From Malacoraja senta (Eukaryota), in NCBI GenBank assembly GCA_038087875.1, contig JAXLNO010006056.1, forward strand, positions 1 through 50,437: a stretch of DNA of 50,437 nucleotides, written 5' to 3'. The position numbers and the translations under genes are program-made. Below are positions 9,369 through 18,895 of this stretch, piece by piece; position 1 is the stretch's first letter; every line of letters begins with the position of its first letter. Below the pieces are notes generated by a model that saw nothing but the letters and a program-made list of their open reading frames with translations, was not told the DNA's origin and made no database searches.

Positions 9369-9972
9369 AAGGCCTGTCTCACGAATCTGCGGTCATTGGC
9401 GGCGAAACGGGAAGAATCTGCCGCCATAGACCGCGCACTCGTGAGAACGTACAATTCCCGGGCCGTGCGGCGGTGTTCCCAACACCGCGCGGTGCTAAAA
9501 TAAAATCGACAATGTCGAAAACCACATACTCACCGCACAACCTCCACCAGTGATGCACAAGTGCGGCACGGCCGCTCGCACGGGCCGCCGCCAGTGTGGC
9601 TCGAGCGCCGTGCGTCAAACCTCCACTGCCACAGCCTCCGCCAGTGAGGCACGTGCCGCCGCCACTGAGGCACGTGTGCTGCACGGCCGCAGGCACAGCC
9701 ACTGCTACAGCGTCGCGATCAGGATGGCCGCCGCCACAGCCGCCGCTGGTGAGTCACGTGCGGCGGGCCGACGTCATCGCAGTCGGCCCGCCCTTTTTTT
9801 ACTTACCGCAAGCACGTGGGACCCGCCGTGTTTGAATTAACTCGGCCCCCGCGCAGCATCCGTGCGGCGCTCCGGTGGATAGGCTCGACGCTCTCGCCGT
9901 TGCCGCGCGGTCCTCGCTACCGGCGACGCCGCGCTTCACCACCGATGACCGCAAACAGGTAAGACAGAGCCT
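9369..9972 (+). mobile_element. 604-bp GC-rich non-autonomous DNA transposon (MITE), Harbinger-like; solitary copy
   Basis: Imperfect TIRs AAGGCCTGTCTCACGAATCTGCGGTCATTGGCGG vs AGGCTCTGTCTTACCTGTTTGCGGTCATCGGTGG (reverse complement of the right end). Flanks TTA / GTA. Same 604-bp length as the array copies but different flanks and opposite orientation. Confidence 0.8.
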
Positions 9973-10134
9973 GTAGTCATTGAACATCAACGACATGCAT
10001 ATTAGAACTGAGGCAATGGTTAGCTTATTATCACTGTAAACCAGTCATGGTCATGGGTCTGCCATTGTGGTCACTATTAGTGAGGGTGATTAACTATCAT
10101 TTAGCAGTGAAACGGAAAAGAATTGGCTTTTCAA

Positions 10135-10680
10135 GCCCATGGAGCCATAGAGTCATACGGCATGGAAATGGGCCCTTTGCCTCAACTTGGCCATGACAAC
10201 CAAGATGCCATGTTTAAACTACAATTTTCCTGCAATTGACCCATATCTCACTGAACCTTTCCTATCTACAGTATGTACCTGTCCAAGTGTGTTCTAAATG
10301 TTTTTTAATACCTGCCTCAACTCCTTCCCCTGGAATGTTCTTCCATATTTCCACTTCCTCTGGTTCCGAGTAACTCGTTTCCTTCTCACCTTAAACCTAA
10401 GTCCTCTGGTTCTTGATTACATAAGGCTGGTTAAAAGATTCTGTGCATTCAATCTATCTATGCTCCTTGATTTTATAAACTTCTATAAGATCACCCCTCA
10501 GCCTCTTGCGTGCCAAGGACTAAAGTCCAATCATTCTCATCCTCTCCCTGAATCACAGGCCCTGTTAATGACATCCTTCTGATAGTGGAGTGACCAAAAC
10601 TTAACACAATACTCCAAATGTGGCCTCACCAACATCTTGTACAACTGTAGCAGAACATCCCAACTTTTTTATTCAGTACC
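10135..10680 (-). mobile_element. CR1-like LINE 3' fragment, degraded
   Basis: Antisense CR1 motifs, e.g. GACCAAAACTTAACACAATACTCCAAATGTGGCCTCACCAA. Similar to 47105-47650. Confidence 0.65.
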
Positions 10681-10928
10681 TTTCTTTTAAAATCTTTTTA
10701 TTGTTTTTTTTCCAAAAAACAAAAACAAAAACAAAAATAAAACATAAAAAACAGAGCAAAAAGAATAATGATAAACATAACAATGGTATTGATACATAGG
10801 GATCAGGATTAAACACATTAATAACAGGTATAACCTAATATGAGACCAGTGTCAAAATACACAATGAATATAGACCTTTCGGTCTCTATGTAAATATAGT
10901 TAAATCTTTAAAAGGAAACATAAATGTA

Positions 10929-11071
10929 NNNNNNNNNNNNNNNNNNNNNNNNNNNNNNNNNNNNNNNNNNNNNNNNNNNNNNNNNNNNNNNNNNNNNNNN
11001 NNNNNNNNNNNNNNNNNNNNNNNNNNNNNNNNNNNNNNNNNNNNNNNNNNNNNNNNNNNNNNNNNNNNNNN
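10929..11071. other. Assembly gap (143 N)
   Basis: Run of N. Confidence 1.
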
Positions 11072-14000
11072 TGAACTGAGAAATTCAACAATTTAAGTCT
11101 GTTTGTCGTCAAGTTCGTTCCACCCTATGAATGTAAAATAATTTTTATAACGGTTAAAGAGGGAACAATTTATGTTGTATGAAAGTGTTCAATAAATTTT
11201 CCCCAAGTCTTATCAAATTTAACCAAGGGTTCAACAATGTCACTTCTGATTTTTTCTAAATTTAAACATGATATCGTTTCAGAATACCACTGGAGTGTGG
11301 TCGGAGGGTTGGAATCTTTCGATTTAAAGAAAATAAATCTTCTGGCAATTAATGTGGTAAAAGCAATCAGCCGATGGGCGGAGTGGGACAAGTGAATAGA
11401 ATCTAACATTGGTAACCCAAAAATTGCAGTAATAGGATGAGGTTGTAAATCTATACCTAAGACTACCGAAATAGTATCAACAATTTCTTTCCAATATTTT
11501 TCCAAAAGAGGGCAGGACCAAAACATATGGGTCAGTGATGCCACTTCAGAGTTACATCTGTCACAGGTAGGATTTATATGACCATAAAAACGAGCTAACT
11601 TATCTTTTGACATATGAGCTCTGTGGACCACCTTGAATTGTATCAATGCGTGTCTTGCACACATTGAAGAGATATTAACTAATTGAAGGATCCTCTCCCA
11701 TTTCTCTATAGATAAAGACATTTGGAGTTCTCTTTCCCAGTCATTCTTAATTTTATCAAATGTATCTATTTGTAATTTTAAAATCAACTCATGAATAGTC
11801 GTTATTAATCCTTTCTGATAAGGGTTCAACTGTAAAAAAAATTCCAAAATTTCGGGTTGATGTGGTAGTGGAAAATGGGGTAGTTCCTTTTGTCTAATTT
11901 GTAAATATCTAAAAAAGTGTGAATTAGGTAAGTTATATTTATTGGAGAGTTGTTCGAAAGACATAAAACAACCCTCCAAAAACAAATCACGAAAAGCTAC
12001 TAATCCCTTCCTCTTCCATAACAAAAAAACTTGATCAGTACTAGATGGTTGGAAGAGAAATTTGGGTAAAATCAGATAGTCCAAAAAACTTACGAAATTG
12101 AAACCGTATTCGGAACATATGTCTTATTATTGGGTTCGTCATATATTTATTCAATCTCGTAATTGTAAAAGGTAACGAGGTCCCTAGAATAGAAGCCAAT
12201 TATAGCCCTTGTAAGGAATCACGTTCTAGGTTTATCCATCCAGGGCATTGGGTATCTTCTAAATCTTTTGTCCAAAATGTTAAATAACGAACATTGACTG
12301 CCCAATAGTAGAGTCTAAGGTTCGGCATTGCCAAACCACCAACTTTTTTTGATTTCTGTAGGTATTTTTTACCTAGTCTGGGATTTTTATTCTGCCATAT
12401 ATATGAAGAAATTTTAGAGTCTATAATATCAAAGAAAGATTTGGCAATAAAAATTGGTATCGTCTGAAATAAATACAGAAATTTAGGTAAAATGAACATT
12501 TTAATAGCATTGATTCAGCCAATTAAGGATAAGGACATTGGTGACCATTTAGTGAACTGATGTTTAATATGGTCAATTAAAGGAATAAAATTAGCTTTAA
12601 ATAAATCCTTGTGTTTCTTGGTGATCTTAATACCTAAATAAGTAAAACTTTCGGTAGTCACTCTAAATGGAAACTGCCCATAACTCGAAACAAAATTATT
12701 TAATGGGAAAGCTCACCCTTACAAAGATTTAGTTTATTACCAGAAAAACTACTGAATTGATTAAGTAATGCTACTATTACCGGAATAGATTTCTCAGGGT
12801 TAGAAATAAATAATAACAGATCATCTGCATAAAGAGATAGCTTATGTGTCTTATTCCCGCGGACAATACCAAAAATCTTAGGGGATTCCCTAATAGTAGT
12901 GGCTAAAGTTTCCAAAGCAATATCAAATAGTAAAGGACTTAAGGGACAGCCCTGTCTAGTACCTTGAAAGAGCCTGAAAAAAGGGGATCTCTGATTTTTA
13001 GTAAATACAGAAGCCTGAGGTATAAGATATAGCAGTTTGATCCAAGAGATAAATTTTGGACCAATCTTAACTTTTTCAAGTATATTGAATAAGTATTCCA
13101 TTCTACTCTATCAATAGCCTTCTCGGCATCAAGTGAGATGACACATTCTGGGGTTTATTAGACGCTGTATATACAATATTTATTAATCTCCTAACATTAA
13201 AGAATGAGTAACGATTTTTAATAAAACCTGTCTGATCTTCAGAGATAATTTGCGGTAAAATCTTTTCCAATCTCATAGGTAATATTTTGGAAAGAATTTT
13301 AAAATCTACATTTAACATTGATATAGGTCTATATGATGTCACTTCAGTAGGGTCTTTATCTTTTTTTTAAATTAAAGAAATAGAAGCTTCATAAAAAGAT
13401 TGTGGTAATCTATTCCTTAAAAAGGCTTCTTTAAATACCTTGCATAGCCATGGAGACAATAAATTTGAGAAATACTTTTAAAATTCTACTGTAAACCCAT
13501 CTAAACTGGGAGCATTACCAGAATTCATTGAAAAAATTGCTTTCTGAATTTCTTCTTCCATGATGGGTTCATCTAACAACAGAGACTCATTGTATGGTAA
13601 ATTTGGTAAGTTCAGTTTCTTTAAAAACTCATGCATTATATTGGAATCAGTAGGAAAATCTGATTGGTATAGGGAGGTATAAAATTCCTGAAAGGATTTA
13701 TTAATTTCGTCATGGTCTACAGTTACTGTACCATCCCGTTTACTCACTTTAGTAATCTGACGCTTGGCCGACACTGCCTCAATTGATTAGCAAGTAATTT
13801 TCGCCATTTATATAAAATTGACTTTTGGTTTTAAGTAACTGGTTCTCAATCGGTGATACCAATAACAAATCATATCTCAATTGAAGTTCAACTCTATTCT
13901 TATAGAGCTCTAAACTAGGAGCTTTTGAATATTTTTTATCAATTTCTTTAATCTCGTCAGCCAATGTGCGTATTTCTTTTTGTGTTTGTTTTTTTAATCC

Positions 14001-14903
14001 CGCGGAGTATGAAATAATTTGTCCACGAATATATGCCTTAAAAGCATCCCAAACTATACCATTGGATATCTCTTCATTAGAGTTTGTCAAGAAGTAAAAA
14101 GCAATCTGATCTTTCATAAACTTAATAAAGTTTAAGTCTTGAAGCAAAGTAGCATTAAATCGCCATTGTTTAGCACTAAACTTGGAATCAGGTAGTTTGA
14201 TCAATAGTTTCACAGGTGCATGATCAGAAATAGCAATTGTATCATACTCACATGCAATGACCGATGGAACTAGCCGAGAATCTAGTATAAAATAGTTGAT
14301 CCTAGAATAACTATGGGAATAGAATACATGAGAGAAAAATGAAAATTATTTGTCATTTGCGTGTAAGAATCTCCAAATTTCTAACATTCCCGAGTCAAGT
14401 AAAAAATAATTAATAAAATTAGCTGATTTATTTGGAAGCACATGATCAGATGTAGACCTATCAATCGAGGGATTCAAACTGCAATTGAAGTCTCCACCCA
14501 TTATTAAAAAGTGTTCATTTAAATTAGGAAAGGATGCAATTAACTGTTTAAAAAACTCAGGGTGATCAATATTTGGTGCATAGACATTCACCATAGCGAC
14601 TTTTTGCCTATAAAGGACACCGGTAATCACCAAGAATCTGCCATATGGATCAGAAATTGTTTCATAGTGAACAAACGGAATTGAGGGGTCAATAAAAATA
14701 GAGACTCCTTTCACCTTAGCCTGTGAATTTGAATGAAACTGCTGTCCTCTCCAAAACTTGAAAAATCGTGACTTGTCGTCTTGCCTTACATGAGTTTCCT
14801 GAACAAAGATAATCTGAGCATTTAGTCTGTGAAGAACTTTTTTTTTTAAATCCTCTTAATGGGATGGTTCAACCATTCACATTCCATGAAAGGAAATTAG
14901 TAA

Positions 14904-15507
14904 AGGCTCTGTCTTACCTGTTTGCGGTCATCGGCGGTGAAGCACGGCGTCGCCGGTAGCGGGGACCGCGTGGCAACGACGAGAGCGGCGAGCCTATCCA
15001 CCGGAGCGCCGCACGGATGCTGCGCGGGGGCCGAGTAATTCAAACACGGCGGGTCCCACGTGCTTGCGGTAAATTAAAAAAAGGGCGGGCCGACTGCGAT
15101 GACGTCGGCCCGCCGCACGTGACTCACGAGCGGCGGCTGTGGCGGCGGCCATCCTGATCGCGGCGCTGTAGCGGTGGCTGTGCCTGCGGCCGTGCAGCAC
15201 ACGTGCCTCACTGGCGGCGGCACGTGCCTCACTGGCGGAGGCTGTGGCAGTGGAGGTTTGACGCACGGCGCTCGAGCCACACTGGCGGCGGCCCGTGCGG
15301 GCGGCCGTGCCGCACTCGTGCGTCACTGGTGGAGGTTGTGCGGTGAGTATATAGTTTTCGACATTGTCGATTTTATTTTAGCACCGTGCGGTGTTGGGAA
15401 CACCGCCGCACGGCCCCGGAATTGTACGTTCTCACGAGTGCGCGGTCTATGGCGGCAGATTCTTCCCGTTTCGCCGCCAATGACCGCAGACTCGTGAGAC
15501 AGGCCTT
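14904..15507 (-). mobile_element. 604-bp Harbinger-like MITE in unit 1
   Basis: Exact TAA target duplication (14901-14903, 15508-15510) and imperfect TIRs. Removing the element and one TSD restores ATG TAT AAA GTT ACT AAT TTC CTT TCA TGG AAT GTG (MYKVTNFLSWNV). Confidence 0.85.
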
Positions 15508-15823
15508 TAACTTTATACATATTGCTTGTAAAAATCATGTGGGATGTAATGGGTTAATTTCTTGAAGCCTAAAAGTTCATAATACTGGAAGAAGAAAAAT
15601 CTAGGGCGGAGTCAGAAGTGACGACATTACAGACAATTTTGTAGTTCAGAATTTGCACAAATGGAGATCACTAAATAGGGAACAAAAGACCCCTCCCCCT
15701 CCCCCTTCCCCCCTCCCACCCCTGTAGAACCCCAAACTGACCAAAAGACAGTCAGCAAACTACCTAATACCCTCCCCAATCCCATCTCTTCCAGTAACAG
15801 CGCTCAGCATAAAAAGAATAATA

Positions 15824-18800
15824 CTGAATTGATTAAGTAATGCTACTATTACCGGAATAGATTTCTCAGGGTTAGAAATAAATAATAACAGATCATCTGC
15901 ATAAAGAGATAGCTTATGTGTCTTATTCCCGCGGACAATACCAAAAATCTTAGGGGATTCCCTAATAGTAGTGGCTAAAGTTTCCAAAGCAATATCAAAT
16001 AGTAAAGGACTTAAGGGACAGCCCTGTCTAGTACCTTGAAAGAGCCTGAAAAAAGGGGATCTCTGATTTTTAGTAAATACAGAAGCCTGAGGTATAAGAT
16101 ATAGCAGTTTGATCCAAGAGATAAATTTTGGACCAATCTTAACTTTTTCAAGTATATTGAATAAGTGTTCCATTCTACTCTATCAATAGCCTTCTCGGCA
16201 TCAAGTGAGATGACACATTCTGGGGTTTATTAGACGCTGTATATACAATATTTATTAATCTCCTAACATTAAAGAATGAGTAACGATTTTTAATAAAACC
16301 TGTCTGATCTTCAGAGATAATTTGCGGTAAAATCTTTTCCAATCTCATAGGTTATATTTTGGAAAGAATTTTAAAATCTACATTTAACATTGATATAGGT
16401 CTATATGATGTCACTTCAGTAGGGTCTTTATCTTTTTTTTAAATTAAAGAAATAGAAGCTTCATAAAAAGATTGTGGTAATCTATTCCTTAAAAAGGCTT
16501 CTTTAAATACCTTGCATAGCCATGGAGACAATAAATTTGAGAAATACTTTTAAAATTCTACTGTAAACCCATCTAAACTGGGAGCATTACCAGAATTCAT
16601 TGAAAAAATTGCTTTCTGAATTTCTTCTTCCATGATGGGTTCATCTAACAACAGAGACTCATTGTATGGTAAATTTGGTAAGTTCAGTTTCTTTAAAAAC
16701 TCATGCATTATATTGGAATCAGTAGGAAAATCTGATTGGTATAGGGAGGTATAAAATTCCTGAAAGGATTTATTAATTTCGTCATGGTCTACAGTTACTG
16801 TACCATCCCGTTTACTCACTTTAGTAATCTGACGCTTGGCCGACACTGCCTCAATTGATTAGCAAGTAATTTTCGCCATTTATATAAAATTGACTTTTGG
16901 TTTTAAGTAACTGGTTCTCAATCGGTGATACTAATAACAAATCATATCTCAATTGAAGTTCAACTCTATTCTTATAGAGCTCTAAACTAGGAGCTTTTGA
17001 ATATTTTTTATCAATTTCTTTAATCTCGTCAGCCAATGTGCGTATTTCTTTTTGTGTTTGTTTTTTTAATCCCGCGGAGTATGAAATAATTTGTCCACGA
17101 ATATATGCCTTAAAAGCATCCCAAACTATACCATTGGATATCTCTTCATTAGAGTTTGTCAAGAAGTAAAAAGCAATCTGATCTTTCATAAACTTAATAA
17201 AGTTTAAGTCTTGAAGCAAAGTAGCATTAAATCGCCATTGTTTAGCACTAAACTTGGAATCAGGTAGTTTGATCAATAGTTTCACAGGTGCATGATCAGA
17301 AATAGCAATTGTATCATACTCACATGCAATGACCGATGGAACTAGCCGAGAATCTAGTATAAAATAGTTGATCCTAGAATAACTATGGGAATAGAATACA
17401 TGAGAGAAAAATGAAAATTATTTGTCATTTGCGTGTAAGAATCTCCAAATTTCTAACATTCCCGAGTCAAGTAAAAAATAATTAATAAAATTAGCTGATT
17501 TATTTGGAAGCACATGATCAGATGTAGACCTATCAATCGAGGGATTCAAACTGCAATTGAAGTCTCCACCCATTATTAAAAAGTGTTCATTTAAATTAGG
17601 AAAGGATGCAATTAACTGTTTAAAAAACTCAGGGTGATCAATATTTGGTGCATAGACATTCACCATAGCGACTTTTTGCCTATAAAGGACACCGGTAATC
17701 ACCAAGAATCTGCCATATGGATCAGAAATTGTTTCATAGTGAACAAACGGAATTGAGGGGTCAATAAAAATAGAGACTCCTTTCACCTTAGCCTGTGAAT
17801 TTGAATGAAACTGCTGTCCTCTCCAAAACTTGAAAAATCGTGACTTGTCGTCTTGCCTTACATGAGTTTCCTGAACAAAGATAATCTGAGCATTTAGTCT
17901 GTGAAGAACTTTTTTTTTAAAATCCTCTTAATGGGATGGTTCAACCATTCACATTCCATGAAAGGAAATTAGTAAAGGCTCTGTCTTACCTGTTTGCGGT
18001 CATCGGCGGTGAAGCACGGCGTCGCCGGTAGCGGGGACCGCGTGGCAACGACGAGAGCGGCGAGCCTATCCACCGGAGCGCCGCACGGATGCTGCGCGGG
18101 GGCCGAGTAATTCAAACACGGCGGGTCCCACGTGCTTGCGGTAAATTAAAAAAAGGGCGGGCCGACTGCGATGACGTCGGCCCGCCGCACGTGACTCACG
18201 AGCGGCGGCTGTGGCGGCGGCCATCCTGATCGCGGCGCTGTAGCGGTGGCTGTGCCTGCGGCCGTGCAGCACACGTGCCTCACTGGCGGCGGCACGTGCC
18301 TCACTGGCGGAGGCTGTGGCAGTGGAGGTTTGACGCACGGCGCTCGAGCCACACTGGCGGCGGCCCGTGCGGGCGGCCGTGCCGCACTCGTGCGTCACTG
18401 GTGGAGGTTGTGCGGTGAGTATATAGTTTTCGACATTGTCGATTTTATTTTAGCACCGTGCGGTGTTGGGAACACCGCCGCACGGCCCCGGAATTGTACG
18501 TTCTCACGAGTGCGCGGTCTATGGCGGCAGATTCTTCCCGTTTCGCCGCCAATGACCGCAGACTCGTGAGACAGGCCTTTAACTTTATACATATTGCTTG
18601 TAAAAATCATGTGGGATGTAATGGGTTAATTTCTTGAAGCCTAAAAGTTCATAATACTGGAAGAAGAAAAATCTAGGGCGGAGTCAGAAGTGACGACATT
18701 ACAGACAATTTTGTAGTTCAGAATTTGCACAAATGGAGATCACTAAATAGGGAACAAAAGACCCCTCCCCCTCCCCCTTCCCCCCTCCCACCCCTGTAGA

Positions 18801-18895
18801 ACCCCAAACTGACCAAAAGACAGTCAGCAAACTACCTAATACCCTCCCCAATCCCATCTCTCCCAGTAACAGCGCTCAGCATAAAAAGAATAATA
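15824..18895 (-). repeat. Array unit 2 (L1 RT/EN fragment + MITE 17976-18579 + spacer)
   Basis: Near-identical to unit 1; 3072 bp. Confidence 0.95.

Larger units (their letters stand above)
10682..15823 (-). mobile_element. Degenerate L1-clade LINE: ORF2 (EN-RT-CCHC) with frameshifts and stops, 3' UTR and AATAAA; MITE inserted at ORF2 codon 4
   Basis: EN motifs SWNVNG, VQETH, VYAP, GGDFN, SDH. RT motifs YRPISMLNVDFKIL, QTGF, GTRQGCPLSPLLF, LYADD. Knuckle CDRC...HMFWSC. Stop at 11170. The putative 3' UTR crosses the N gap to CAATAAAAAG near 10690, and that linkage is inferred. Confidence 0.9.

Noticed and set aside
14904-15507. GC-rich block as the L1 5' UTR/promoter
   Set aside because: It has TIRs and a TSD, interrupts ORF2 after codon 3, and occurs separately at 9369 with non-L1 flanks.
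15074-15538. Overlapping 68-110 aa ORFs on both strands in every GC-rich block (MAVPAAVQ..., MTHECG..., MARAPC..., MIFTSN...)
   Set aside because: Low-complexity Ala/Arg/Gly/Pro ORFs expected in ~70% GC DNA with few stops. No domain motif, and indels in units 7 and 8 and the solitary copy shift them freely.
15812-15835. Array as a reverse-transcribed circular RNA (back-splice junction)
   Set aside because: No AG acceptor or GT donor pair at the junction on either strand; 2-bp microhomology explains it.
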